From positions 14,818,001-14,882,000 of the forward strand of contig CP075492.1 in NCBI GenBank assembly GCA_021613535.1: DNA of 64,000 nucleotides, read 5' to 3'. The DNA is from Adineta vaga. Lineage: Eukaryota > Animalia > Rotifera. The notes below the pieces were generated by a model that saw only the letters and a list, made by a program, of their open reading frames with translations, did no database searches and was not told where the DNA came from. The stretch's first letter is position 1; every line of letters starts with the position of its first letter. Of this stretch, positions 24,380 to 37,666 are shown one piece after another. Position numbers and translations under genes: made by a program.

Positions 24380-27300
24380 TTAGGTGCTTTCAACAATGTT
24401 AGGATAACGAAAGAAATGAAAAACTTCATCACTTTTGCTATAAGCCAGTTTGACAATGATATCGTGTACATTAATTGTAGTCAGATGAGTTGGATTTGTC
24501 ATTTTCCCCCAAAATATGAATGGATTAATTATTTGTTTATTTTTTAATTTAAGAGTATCTCGACTACTAATATCTACTGTATGAAGAATCAGCCGACAAT
24601 CTTGTGCTGATTCATGAATAATAGCAGAAATAAACCCACAGTTAAATTCATTTTGTTTACATTTAAACAATAAACAAGAGTCGGAATTTTTTGTAGTCGA
24701 ACGAGTATTGTATACCGAGAACTGGACATTGTTTTTCCAAAACGTTTGATAAAGCGGCAAGTTCATGAACGAATTGGCGTGTAAGTAGTTCGTGAAACTA
24801 TTATCAAAAGACAACTCTGCTTTTCGACCAAAACGAAGATGGCTGTTTTCATTTATAGATTTTTCAGTTGGTAGCGCTTGACGTTTGGACGAGAATAAAC
24901 GACGCACAAATAATTTTAACGATCGATTAAATGTAAAATTAGTTACTTGTTTCATTGCACTTTGCACAATGTTAATATTATTGAACAATTCTGATATAAT
25001 AAGATTGGGTCCATTGATTGATTGAATAATCGAACCTAAAGTATAAAATATCGAACGTTTGTTCGAAATAAAATAATCATCTTTATCGTTTTGAAACATA
25101 CCAATCGTACTTTCAAAATTGAAGGTAGAGAAGTTTTGCATTGGACCAAAATCTCTCAGAGATTGAGGAATATGTATCATAGAATGTATGACGGATGTCA
25201 TTGTGTTTTCCTTAAAAATACTAGTTTTAGAAAATAAATTAAATTTCAATTGTCAATAACAGTGCTGATTAACGTTATAAAAGCATTAAAAAAATTATCT
25301 GTGATGAGCTTTCAAAATTGGCCTTATGCTATTCCAATTATAGTCAGAAAATACAGGTTATATTTTCTTAAGAACAATGTTTTACATATTTCGATTGCTC
25401 AGAAAACAACACAATTTTTCACCAAACTATTAAATTGCTATATAGTTTTTGATACCAAGAGCTTTTTTCTATAAAAGTTCTTGTGTAAACGATATTGTCG
25501 AAAGCACTTATTATTTATAAGTCCACATATATTCAGTTAACATGTTATAGTGTATTAGATGAGTTGTATAAAGCGTTACTGAAATAGTTATATTCAAATT
25601 TTGAGGAGAAATGAATCAAATGACTAAATGATGATCTGGAGACATTAAATAATCACGAGAAACACAGAGTACAAAATCAAAGCTGTTTATAAATCGTCTT
25701 TTTCTTCACTCATTATCTACTTTTGTATGAGACGTTGAGTATACGAAGTTATTCCTTTCAATGCGATTCACTGTAACCTTGTTATTAGAGGAAAAATATA
25801 TTTAATCATCTACATATTGTAGAGACAATTGTCAGACTATATTATAAATAGTGTTTCGAATGAAATTTAATAGTGTATAAAGACGCGTGAATTTGTCTGG
25901 TATAATCAAAAATATAGTTTTATTTATGTGTTACGTCATACTTGTATGCATATTAACATACTCACTGAATACAATATTGAAAATAAACGATCAAATTCGT
26001 CCAATAAAAATTCAATTGTATCAATTGTATCATCAGCAAGCATAGATGATTCTGATAAAGACATAGCAAACGCGAGAAGCTTCAAGTGTTTGTAATGATG
26101 AGCTGGAAGAAATGGTTCAAAATATCTAAATAAAAATTTTAAAAAGTTTCTTTGCATCTTTAAGAGTACGTTAGCGATGTTTATCTTATTTCTTAATTAA
26201 TAAGCATTTATATATTTTTCATTAGAATAACTACAACTTAACTAAACGAGGGAGTATATTAAATGTCTTTTTAACTAGAATTTTTCCATAAAAGACATTG
26301 TCAAAATGTACTTTCTGTACTAACATATATTTCGTCAGTATAAAAGTGTAGACATGTATGCAATTGATGAAAAAGATACAAACTATGTTTTACAAAATAT
26401 CGTTGTACTTACTGATAGCCAAACAATAATGTTAAACGAAATTCATTTCCTTTGAATGTTTGGAAATGTCTTAATCGAGAAGGTAAATGATATGTGGTGG
26501 TAGGATACCGAATTGAATCAAGTTTTTTTTCGATCAAATTCAAACTTGTTTTTATTGAGTAAGATTTCTTAGGAGTTGTGAACCATATTTCTAATAAACG
26601 CTTCTATTAAATATAATAAAGTGGTAGTTTAATTGGAAATATTCTTTGTAGATAAATTCTTACGAACGTTCCCGAATACACATTGTGAAGAGAATCAGAA
26701 GTAAATGATTGTCCAACATCAAAGTAGGACAAAGTACGCAAAAGACATGGGCCTTGATGTCCACAAGCAGGATCAATAGAGTTCTGTTTTGATTTTGATG
26801 CTTTCTAGAATAAATATAACGAAAAATCTGCTGATAATATTATAGAACCATACTTACTCGTGATAGATTGAATATATGTATATCATATAGATGATTATTT
26901 CGATCTTCAATCACATCCTTTACATCTCTTATGAACACTCGAGTGCTACCTTTTCCTTTTTTCACAGACATACCTTAAATCAAATCATAACTAATAATTG
27001 AGTATATAAATATATTGATTAGTTGGACAAAAGACTTTCGATTTGTTTTTCAGCTTCAATTATACGACTATAATTATATAGTTGAAGATGAAAAATCCAA
27101 AATCTTTTCGATCTAACTGCTACGAAAAATATGCACGATTTAATAGAATATTAATTGAATAACAATTTCGTAAAGCATAGGTAGTTTACGTTTATACAAA
27201 GTTGCACAATTTATGAAACGATTATTCATATAAGAGGAAGACTTAGAACATGATAGTTTATACGATAAAACTAAGTAAAAATAAAATGATTTTTATCTAC

Positions 27301-28705
27301 TTGATAACTTTAAACATAAAGGTATTTTGATTTCTATTGTGTCCTTCAGTGATCGTGATTCAATAAATAATCGTTCTTTTTACTCGTAGAATCTTACTTA
27401 GAATTCAGGATATGTAACTATGAATTCCAATTTTAGTCATAAAAATAGCAAAAAACTATAATAAATCACCTTTTATGGTACAGCGCACACAACTATAGTA
27501 TCCTGTTGGATCATTGATGTTCATCAGTAAAGCTTGTGCTGGCTTGTCAAGTGCCGCGGCAATTAGAAAACCATGTACCTTTACGAAATTCTCATTTAAA
27601 TTAGGCGGACATATATAAAAACCAAGTTCGAGTTGTTTCAATTCATGCACCCATTCAGATATGAAACTTTGAAATTCATACTTTTTCGGCTTGTTACTAC
27701 CCATAGATATAGAACAAATGATAATGTTATTGTTGTTAAATCTTATCTTTCGAGGTAGCTCATTTATAACCATCGACGTTATCCAAACTGATCGACTAAA
27801 CTTTTTGATAACGACACCGTCACTATTCAAAAGAAAAGTTACTATTTGTTTATTTGGATCCAATAATCGTTCTTTTAAAACAATATTTCGACGAATGTGA
27901 CTTTCTTGAACATCTGATACTCCTAAATGATATTTTCCATTGCACTCTGGTAAAATGGTATGGCGTTCTAATATTGATATTATTTGAGGTAAAAGCCGAA
28001 ATGTACATAATGTTGTTGGAGTAGAATGAAAGCCAGTTTTTAAGTTACAACTTTCGTTCTCACATTTGGATGAACTAGTCCCTCTATAACTACATTGTGG
28101 ACAAACAAAAACCTTTTTGCTTTGTAAAATATTTTCCTGCTTTTTTATAAGATATTTTTCGATAGTACGAAAATCTGTAGGAACATTTTTAACGCCAAGT
28201 ACACTTAGCAAATGACAAAAGTCGTTGACACATGATTTGGATAGATTGTGTCTATGTCGTAAAAGGGCAATAGCGATCGATATTTCTTCGCAACTAGGTA
28301 TAGATGATTGAGCATCATTGACAGTACATTGATCTTCTGCATGTTCATTCTGTATATCATCAATATCATTATCATCATCTAAATATGGATAATCAACTAC
28401 AACGGTGTCATCACGCATTATTGAATCCGTTTGCATTTGCGCCTCATCTCCGTCTACCATAATTGAATTATCTGCCAGATCATTGATATCATCTGGTTCA
28501 GTATTGTGGTTCACATTTATTCTGTGTTTTTATGATAACTATTAAAACAAATATATACTTTATTATGCACTTACTCAATATCGTGTGGATCAATCGAAAT
28601 AATGGTCGACAGTAAATTGTTTCTCGCAAGACGTTCAGTAGCAGCCCGTAACTGTCGAGCAATAGCTTTAGCAGGACGTAATGGACATTCATTATTACCA
28701 TGCAT
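24380..28705 (-). CDS. Multi-exon CMC/EnSpm transposase (TnpD-like)
   Basis: Spliced exons give CPQC..C..C, LNSDGV, INELP..IR, LDKPAQA..N..GYYSCVRC, DSLHNVYSG, FKGNEFR and HSMIHIP..LRDFGP..FNFES. These are the DDE-type motifs of CACTA transposases. About 7 GT-AG introns. Confidence 0.88.
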
Positions 28706-29241
28706 TGTTATAATCTAGATCATATATATATATATATATGAATATATAAACAATATTAAACTCAATTGATTAAAATATAATCTAATATTTCAATAGAAAT
28801 AAACGAATTTTATTCTCTTTTTGTTCGTTAATTCGGTTAAGCAAAAATTCCTTTTCAATAGAATTTGTTAGAAGATAATCTTCGTCGTTTAGCTATATTA
28901 TTATAAGTGATCAAACCCAAAGCATGTATTCTTGATTATCTGCTGTACCATTGAGATTTTTTTATACGAATTTTTCTGTATATTCGCATTCAATATTGAA
29001 ACATCGATATAAGTAAAGCTGTATATCCTAGGAATAAATTTAAAAAATTCGTAGTTTTAGATCAATTAAACTTTTAATAAGCAATAGAAAAATCAATGTA
29101 AATATTATAATGAACTTTTGGAAGTAAAAAAAACACCACGAAGAGCAGAAGAATTAAACGAATAATATAAGTAATCAAATTCAATAGAAAAGGAAATAAA
29201 AGATGCGGAGTACATAAGAAGAATAGAACATTAGTATGTTA

Positions 29242-30903
29242 TTATTCGTCTTCTTCTTCTTCTTCTTCATCATCATCATCAATTTCAAGAAGATGTTCAT
29301 CTTCTTCGTCATCATATTCGTCCTGATCATCGTCTTCATTTTCTTCACCAATAAACTCATCATCTGCATTGAAATCACTAACCATATGTTCATTTGATTC
29401 ATGTGTTTCATTTGCATCCAAATCGTGATTACCTGGTAAATCATCTGATCGTTGTTGATCATGTTGTTGCATTCGGCGCAACTCGCACATTGCACTGCGG
29501 ATGCTGGTGCCAATAGCTTTGCGCATATCGGCCATGCTAAAACTCAGATTTCGGTGTAGAGTACGTACGTAATCTAGAATAAGAGAATATATATATCTAT
29601 TAAAAAATTGAAAATTTACTGTAGATATTTGTTAATTGTTCATCTGGAACTGATAAAATCGATCGACAATGCGCTCGACTACTGATTGTAGGATATAACA
29701 AACGAAAAAGCTTGAGAGAAGATTTCTGAGGCGTACGAGCTAAAACTGTTGCAAGACTAGCAGGATCAACACCTAAATCCTCTCCGATCTGATCCAAAGT
29801 GCGTCCGTCACCGGTAAACATTCCGTTGCTATTTAAAATGTCCATTAGTTCTCGTATCCATTCAATAACATCAGCTGTTGGACGAGCTAAAAGCAAAAAT
29901 AATGAATGAAGAATGCTACCAAGCTAAACTAGAAGATACTGAATAGTCTGTCAAAGTTACTAAGATAATATAGGAAAGTATTTTATATTTTATCATACAA
30001 CTTTTAGGTTGGAAATAGCTTTCTCAATCTTCGCAACAAGTTTTTTTTTGAAAATTAAATTTGAAAACTAATGAAAAAATTTTAACATACGAATACTGGT
30101 TGCTTTTAAAGTAGCCATTTGGCTCTTTAAAATAGCGTAATCTTTCCTCCATTCTTCTGCCAACGCTTTTTCTTTCAAATAAAGGCGTTTAAGTTCACGG
30201 TATTCTAATGTACCCTCAATATGTGAAGAAATCGAATTGCTACTTGATGTTGATGTTGTTGATTGATTCAAAAATGCATTACACAAGTTAGAAGATTGAC
30301 CACGATCGGGAATTTGTGTCAAACTATTTTCAATGAAAAAAGTATTAAAACTTTTCATATCACAAGTTTTATCTACATTGATGTATTACCATTTCGATAC
30401 TTGTTTCTTAGCTGTTGAAGGTGTTACAGTTGGTCTAATAATAATCGAGCAATGCATAAATGAAATACTGAAAAAAGTACTAACTGTGATCGTGAATTTG
30501 CTGATGCACGATTATGAATATTATTTACACGACAATCTTCTAATTCAAGATCAACTGGTTCAGCAGGTAATGTTTTATTCGTATCAGTACGAGATTTGTC
30601 ATTGTTGTTTATCGAGATTGGTTTATTTTTCAAAGATGGAGATGATGAAAATGAAATGGTAGGTTGAGATTGTACGTTTGACATATTAGTTAAACTATTT
30701 TCACGACAAGTATTATTAAATCTATTTATTTTCGAACGTTGAGTAAGTTTACTGGATGTTTCTTTATCGAAAGTAGAAATATGATTATTATCTGTAGAAA
30801 CATTATTTTCCTTATCGTTCGAAACACCTGTTGATCGATTACGTTTTGATTGAGATGACATAAGATCTCGATTATTGTTAATTGAGGCATTGGATCGTTT
30901 CAT
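29242..30903 (-). CDS. Second transposon ORF (TnpA-like accessory protein): disordered N-terminus, coiled coil, possible BEN-like helical domain, acidic tail; multi-exon
   Basis: Same-strand ORF pieces 30424-30909, 30068-30358, 29600-29896 and 29242-29535 are separated by intron-like gaps. They lie within the TIRs upstream of the transposase. Confidence 0.65.
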
Positions 30904-31922
30904 AGTCAATAAGATACAAGAAAATGTATCAACTAATACAATTATAAGAAATAATATCGCCTATGACGTTAAGAGGAATCTTTTCTCGATGAACGTTAAT
31001 AACTAAAAGATAATCTGAAAAACAATAGTAGTAAATTAATTAAGTAATCGTTAAAAATCAAAATACTTTAGAGAGAAGTGAATAAGTGAAAAGTAATATA
31101 GATAAAGAGATTTTCCCATGGAAAATAAATGCGATATCCCAGTGATCATCGAGCCTTATATACTATCATCCGTCCCACTGAACAAAGGCAACAAATACAC
31201 GAACAACAATGCTTACAACATTTTGCCTATATGCATACAAAGCACTGTGGAAAATTTCGTCTATATCCCTGCAGTTAGACGTAGAATATTTCGCCTTGGT
31301 GCATACAATGCTCTATACAATATTTCGCCGAGCATTCTTCCAAGCAAACGTAAACAAAAGTAACTAGTTCTATATCGTATCATCTATTTAGTCCAAGTAA
31401 AATCTTAAATCACTTTTCGAATGCGCCAATAGCAACCAACATCGTTCTTTATGACCAGAACTTTTATAAATAATTTTCAATTAATTTAATTAATTATATC
31501 CATACTAAACAAAAGCCTGATTCTATTAGTTCTTTGAAATTAATTTATAAACGGTTTCAAGATTTTTTCATGCCCGTACAATGGCGACATTATAATCGAT
31601 AATATTTTCAATCAAAGCATTTTTTCTCTTTTATAACAGCATCCTTTTCATTTTACATTAAGATCATAAAACAAGCGCCCACACAGCAAATAATGTAAAG
31701 TACTACTGAGCTTTATCTTATTTGACTAATTTCACTCATAACGTAAACAGTATTTATCAACCTGTATTACATTCCCAGAAACCATGCCTAAAAATCGTCA
31801 ATACAGTTTTTCAAAACCAATGCACTATCTCGCCTAAATCATTTACTTACTAAAGGCCCCTCAACTTGTATAAGACACATCAACTGACTACCTTTAAATG
31901 AATCATCTCTATTCATTTTACA

Positions 31923-32275
31923 CACTGTAAAAAAAGCGCGGAATAGTAAACTCTTTTTAGGGGTTTATTAACCTTATAAGTCATAGGAAGGGTATTTTAT
32001 ACGTTGTACTTTCGTATACCCTTAAAGGGTTCATTACCTTCATAAACCCTCGAAAACCGCTTTTCTTTTCCACGTTTTCTCTAAAAGGGTACATGAATGC
32101 TCATCTACCTTAAAGGATTTATGGAAGTGCAACGTATAAGAAACCCTTACCAACGTTTATGAAAACAAGTGTTTATGAGAGGGTATCTTACGTTCATAAA
32201 ACCAAAAAAGGGTTCATGTCGCGACTATCAATCCTTTTCGAGGGTTTGTAATTCGACGCTTTCTTTTTTACAGTG
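31923..32275. mobile_element. Nested CACTG-terminated MITE (CMC family), 353 bp, TSD CA
   Basis: Left CACTGTAAAAAAAGCGCGGAATAGTAAAC matches the reverse complement of the right end, CACTGTAAAAAAGAAAGCGTCGAATTACAAAC. CA flanks both ends. Confidence 0.85.
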
Positions 32276-32702
32276 CAGCATTCAGCCGAACTCTCTTCTT
32301 TGTTCTATATCCATTCATTGGACAGATGCATTGCCTGAATCGTATTTTTACTCTCGATGTTTCTTCTCTCTCAATCAATTGCCTTTTCCCTCTCTACACC
32401 CAGGCCAAATTCACCGAATACGATGAAAATTTGTCCAAAGTGTTGGAACCACCAAGGAATCTGTCGCATCCTCTAAAAATCCGATATATTCCACATAGGA
32501 TTTGATGAAAGTCGACTCATGGAATGTCCGTCCTAAGCAATGCATCCTTCATCATTAACCGCCCAGTCCCCGAAAATCCATAAGACAATCCAAAACACGG
32601 TTTTGGATTCTTTTCAAAACCTCTACCTAACTTTTTATAACATTTCATCTGCTCTTCCACCTAAACTTGACGAATATTCATAAAATTGCTTCTTAGCTTA
32701 CT

Positions 32703-32913
32703 TCTGGTTTCCTTTTCCTCTCAGTTGTTCAACTTAATCAGTTGTTTGCTACTAGTCTAATAAAAAAAACACTCCGTTGATAGTTATGCATGTCACCTCT
32801 GGTTTCGTTTTCCTCAGTTGTTCAACTTAATCAGTTGTTTGTTACTAGTCTAATAAAAAAAACACTTCGTTGATAGTTATGCATGTCACCTCTGGTTTCG
32901 TTTTCCTCTCAGT
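32703..32913 (+). repeat. Tandem repeat, ~92-bp unit x ~2.3, inside the transposon
   Basis: TCTGGTTTC.TTTTCCTC..AGTTGTTCAACTTAATCAG...GATAGTTATGCATGTCACC is repeated. Confidence 0.85.
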
Positions 32914-33704
32914 TTCCCAAGCTGTTTATTTGTTCGTTTGAGTTAAGAAGAAATAATGATTATGTATGTGTAAATACAAAGTCCTACTCTTTTCGATCTT
33001 CATGGTGGAAATATGTGGATACGGAAGTGGGAAGGGGAGCATAAGTTTGCAGTGAACACGTTGAAAGTTCAGAAGTATGATTAGATGGATTTATTTCATA
33101 CGGAGAGTTTTCACTTTGTATTAGCGTTCAACAGTTGGATTACTGGTGGTCGAAAAACGCTTGGTTATTATAAATGAGATTGCGATTATTCATGTTGATC
33201 GTGCAAATGATCAGAATGCTTGTTGTGTTGTAGATAGTGCGTTTTCACACTTTATTATTCTAGCCGTTTTCATCTGACAATTGAGGTTCCCGACCAGGGT
33301 CGTAAAACTCGATTAATATCTTAAGAAAAACACGTGTGAGTTTTTAAAATGTGTATGCTGCATATTTTTCTTATAGTGAAGAAGTATTTCTTTTGCACGT
33401 TTACTTTTTATGGGCGTTTTTGGTTGATGGTTGCGGTTCCCGATTGAGCATTGGAAACGCAGTAAAAATAGTGGTGAGGAAACGCTATCATTTTGTACGC
33501 GTTTTTTATACCGCAAAATTACATGGGGTTACTTGTGGCAAATTTGAGCAATTATCAAAGTATATCGTGTGTTGACGTTTTCTTTTTATGCGTTTTCCGA
33601 TGATCATCGGGAACCGCGACTGGCATCCATACACGACCTAAAAGTAGCTACTGTTTACACGCGTTTTTTCAAAATCTTGTCTGCTTGGGTTATAAGAAAC
33701 GAAA

Positions 33705-33740
33705 TTGACTGCAAGAGAAAGACGGTCGTTCCTTTTATAT
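33705..33740 (-). promoter_or_regulatory. Putative TATA box and initiator of the Cys-rich peptide gene, displaced by the transposon
   Basis: Minus-strand TATAAAAG (33739-33732) is followed ~25 nt later by GCAGTC. It points toward the right TIR. Confidence 0.45.
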
Positions 33741-34759
33741 TTCAGTCGAGAAAGCGTTTCGAGGGCTCTTCGAATAATTATGACTTCCAAACAAATAAAA
33801 TTCTAATTTTTTGAATTTATTTTTATTGAAGTGTTTATTTTCACAATCAATTAATTATTTTATTATTTCAAAAAAATGAAAATATTTGTTTTAGTTCTTC
33901 TACTTGACATTTATTATAATCAGAACGTTAATATTTATATATCGAAGAAAATATTATATGATCCTCTTAATATTACTGTTATTTATACAGATCGATTAAT
34001 AAATATGAAACGCACTGAATGAATTTGCAGATATAATGAAAATCAAGTTATATAAGTTTGTCAAAGACGAACTGAGGGGTAACAAGTTCGACTCACTTCT
34101 TCCCATAGACCATGACAAATGAACATTTGAATCTTCTAGGAATCACGCGAACATATGTTTTTTCATAATTAATTCTCATTATTTTCAAAATCAGTCGAAC
34201 ATATGCAGACGATTATTAAGATATGATATCAACATACTTACATAAATCGTTAATGATGATACGTGTGGTAATATTTCTAGTATATATGATATAGCATTAG
34301 TGATGATGACATCTAACATTCTTCATAGTTTTCTTTCTTTCTTTCTTTCTTTTTATCGGAGAGAAAGGAAAGATCATGTGACTAAAACTATCCATAACCG
34401 GTATATATATGTTGATTCGTGAATGGATAAATCTTGTCATTCTGATCAATTTTAACTTTAAAATTTTCTACTTACATCGGGTGAAACCTGGCGATTTTAT
34501 ATTTATACTGTATAACTTGATAGACAAACGACAAATTATTTTCGAAGATCATCATTATAGACTTCAAATAGTATTTATGTGTTTGAAATCAAGTCTGAAG
34601 TGTATGAATCATTTTTTTTTCTATTAGAAAATGAGTCACTTTTATATTCTTTATCTTCTATCAACAATAGATAAATGGATGCGTATAAATACGCTGAAGA
34701 GCAAACAAAACTATAGCTTCTTCAACTCAACAAAGTCCGTTTTCATTTAATGACAAACA

Positions 34760-37666
34760 ATGGCATTTGATAACAATCGTAGCAATATCGATTCAGTAGA
34801 ACGAATGATTCATTCAAATCGAACGATTCAACAGTCAACTTATTCGATCATTTCTCAGTTTTGTAATCTTCAGCAACAATTTGCACATGATTTGGCGTCA
34901 GTTTATAATAATTTAAGTACTCTCAAAGATGTTGTTAATATTTTTCTCGATGCAGACAAATTGACAACTCTTAAACAATACAAAATAAAGAATAAAATAG
35001 AACTTATTGTGTGTGGTAAAAAATCATCAGGAAAAACATCTTTTATTCAGCAACTTCTCGGATGTGGTTCATTTTTACCAATAGGCTCTGGAAATGTTTC
35101 TCAACGAAGTGTCAAATTTTCTTATGCGCCCATCGACAAAGCCTGTCTATTCGTACATGGAAAGAATGAGCAATCATATCTTCTTGCTAAACGTATTCAC
35201 CTATCATCATCACTCTTTCGAACAGACGTTCACTCACAAGAACTGAAGAAAACTATTGAACCGTATTTATTCTGTGGAGAAAATGCTATTGAATCAGACG
35301 AATGGCTATCATGTCTCATTGAAATTTCTATTCCATCACGTTTTCTGCAATCGAATATTGAAATATATGATGTTGTATCAACAACTGATATGATTAATAT
35401 TCATGTTCAAAATCCATGTTTTCTATTTCTTTATGACGGTACTACTATTTCAGACGAAACACAAAAATATTATGAACATTTACAACTAACTATTGGAGAT
35501 AAAATTCATAATAATCTATTCTTTCTCAATACGAAAGTTGATCAAAATGATATCTTAAACAACGATAGTATCGATGGCATACTACATCGTGAACGAAATC
35601 GTCGATATGAACATTTACGAAATGTATTTACCTTACATAATCAATTGCCTCGAACATTAGCTGAATGTGATCGTTTTGATATTTTTAGTATTGAACCAAT
35701 CGAACATCCAATAACACAAATAATTCAACAAAATGCCATTACTCGTATTGTTCGTTTTGCTTTTGAACATGCTCTACGACAAACTCAACAAGTCAGTACG
35801 ATTATGTTAGATGCCATCGATGGATTCTTTGATTTTGTTCTAATTACAAATCGCCGTTCGCTGAATGAATGGAATATGTTACGCGATGAAGCATTACATT
35901 GGGCAGATGAATTCTTTCAAGAATATCGTTTACAGATTGATATGATCGGTGACGAAGTACAAAAACAACTTCTCAAACGATTTCACCAACAACGAAAACG
36001 ATTAGCAGAAAAAATGCTCGCATATAAAATCGAATGTTGTGAAGAATTGAACTTACAAGTTTCGAGTATTAGTTTAATCAATGCTATACAACCAATAGAA
36101 ATATCGAATGAAAACAATTTTTCTCAATTACTTATTCAAGAAAATATTGTTCGACCGATTTTAAGTCGAATATTTGATCAAATTAGTCATCGAGTGAATG
36201 AAAAAGTTGATCGAAACGTATTAGTAAAGGGAACCACTCGTATTAATGAATTAATTCGAGCAGCTTATCGAGAATTTCTCAATCATATTAATATTATCGA
36301 TAATCATAAACATCGTCGAGAATATTTCAAAAAAATATCATTTAAAGAAATTTTAGCTGGAATCAGTGGATTTATGAATACGCTTGGAACAATATTTTCT
36401 ATTACAGAATTCGATATTGACAACTTGGATAAACATGATAATGATAAAGAGATTGAAAAAAGTTTTATGAAGATTGGTGAATGTATTAAACGAAATATTC
36501 AAAATGAAATTGAAGTCAATGAAAGATTCTTTAAAGAAAAGATTCATGCTTATCATCAAATTGTCTTAACTACTATGAACGTTCGACAACAAGCGTATCG
36601 ATTGGCACGTTCATTTGCAGCAAGATTTGCACGTATCGAATGTCTTCTATCCGCTAATTTAGATGCAATTAAGCATTATGGAACCATACCTACGATCGAT
36701 TTAGGTACTACTCTAGCTCATGGTGGCTTTTTCTCTATACATCCTGCTCTATGGGATTCTGAACAAGATCTTGTAGCAAAAGTTCTTCTGCAGTCAAACA
36801 GATCATTGGATATGGCTTACATGGAGGCACATTTTCATCGTGCAATAACTCGATTGAATATCGAGCATATCGTTCCATTACGTTCACTCTATTACGACGA
36901 TCAAACGAATCACTTATATATCCTGCTTCGACGATATCCTATGAGTTTACATACATATTTAACTGATCATATGGCTGATTTAACAATGAACGATGCTGTA
37001 CGCATTCTATTGCATATAAGTCGTGCTATCAGTCATCTGCACGCACATAATCTCATCCATCGTGATATAAAAACTCGAAACATTCTACTTGATAATAATA
37101 AAAATGTTTATCTAGCTGACTTCGGCACGTGTCAACATGGTACAGAAAATAGTACGATTATTGGTTCGTTACCATTGCCACCAGAACTCAATCATGCTCG
37201 TACATTGACTGACTTTTCGTACGAAGGTACTGCTGTTGATGTCTTTTCACTTGGTCTGTTGATATATATTGTTGCTCCAAAAGCAGTATATCATGATCCA
37301 CAGAATATTATTACAGGAGCTGATATTCATGCACTGATACATTTACCTCAACGTTATAGAACATTGATAATTAATTGCATTCATGCGAATCCTAAATTAC
37401 GACCAACAGCTGATAAAGTTGTCGAACAATTAGAATTGATTGCTAATCAAGTGGCTAAGGCAAAAGAATGTCTTATGTGTTTCGAATATCCTATCTTTAG
37501 TCGATGTTTACCATGTGGTCATAAGACAGTATGTGCAAAATGTCTTACACAACAGCAACAACGTGCAACACCACAAAATCCACCACAATGTATTCTCTGT
37601 CGACAAACTATTATCAATTCACAAGAAGATATTGATAATTCGACCTTTGCTCAAGATCACTCTTGA
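34760..37666 (+). CDS. Dynamin-like P-loop domain + protein kinase + C-terminal RING finger (DSTYK-like N-terminal/kinase layout), intronless
   Basis: GKKSSGKTS (G1) and NTKVD (G4), a long helical region, kinase motifs VAK, HRDIKTRN, DFG and PPE, and RING CLMC..PCGH..CAKC..CILCR. Confidence 0.85.
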   Translation: MAFDNNRSNIDSVERMIHSNRTIQQSTYSIISQFCNLQQQFAHDLASVYNNLSTLKDVVNIFLDADKLTTLKQYKIKNKIELIVCGKKSSGKTSFIQQLLGCGSFLPIGSGNVSQRSVKFSYAPIDKACLFVHGKNEQSYLLAKRIHLSSSLFRTDVHSQELKKTIEPYLFCGENAIESDEWLSCLIEISIPSRFLQSNIEIYDVVSTTDMINIHVQNPCFLFLYDGTTISDETQKYYEHLQLTIGDKIHNNLFFLNTKVDQNDILNNDSIDGILHRERNRRYEHLRNVFTLHNQLPRTLAECDRFDIFSIEPIEHPITQIIQQNAITRIVRFAFEHALRQTQQVSTIMLDAIDGFFDFVLITNRRSLNEWNMLRDEALHWADEFFQEYRLQIDMIGDEVQKQLLKRFHQQRKRLAEKMLAYKIECCEELNLQVSSISLINAIQPIEISNENNFSQLLIQENIVRPILSRIFDQISHRVNEKVDRNVLVKGTTRINELIRAAYREFLNHINIIDNHKHRREYFKKISFKEILAGISGFMNTLGTIFSITEFDIDNLDKHDNDKEIEKSFMKIGECIKRNIQNEIEVNERFFKEKIHAYHQIVLTTMNVRQQAYRLARSFAARFARIECLLSANLDAIKHYGTIPTIDLGTTLAHGGFFSIHPALWDSEQDLVAKVLLQSNRSLDMAYMEAHFHRAITRLNIEHIVPLRSLYYDDQTNHLYILLRRYPMSLHTYLTDHMADLTMNDAVRILLHISRAISHLHAHNLIHRDIKTRNILLDNNKNVYLADFGTCQHGTENSTIIGSLPLPPELNHARTLTDFSYEGTAVDVFSLGLLIYIVAPKAVYHDPQNIITGADIHALIHLPQRYRTLIINCIHANPKLRPTADKVVEQLELIANQVAKAKECLMCFEYPIFSRCLPCGHKTVCAKCLTQQQQRATPQNPPQCILCRQTIINSQEDIDNSTFAQDHS

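Larger units (their letters stand above)
23416..33689 (-). mobile_element. Full-length CMC/EnSpm (CACTA superfamily) DNA transposon, ~10.3 kb
   Basis: Left TIR CCCAAGCAGACAAGCTTTTGGGAAAACGCGTGTAAAC matches the reverse complement of the right TIR, CCCAAGCAGACAAGATTTTGAAAAAACGCGTGTAAAC, at 34/37. TT flanks both ends (2-bp TSD). The element encodes a CMC transposase. Confidence 0.92.

Noticed and set aside
32703-32913. Possible CRISPR-like array here or at 50271-50343
   Set aside because: These are plain tandem repeats with no unique spacers, in a eukaryotic context with no cas genes.
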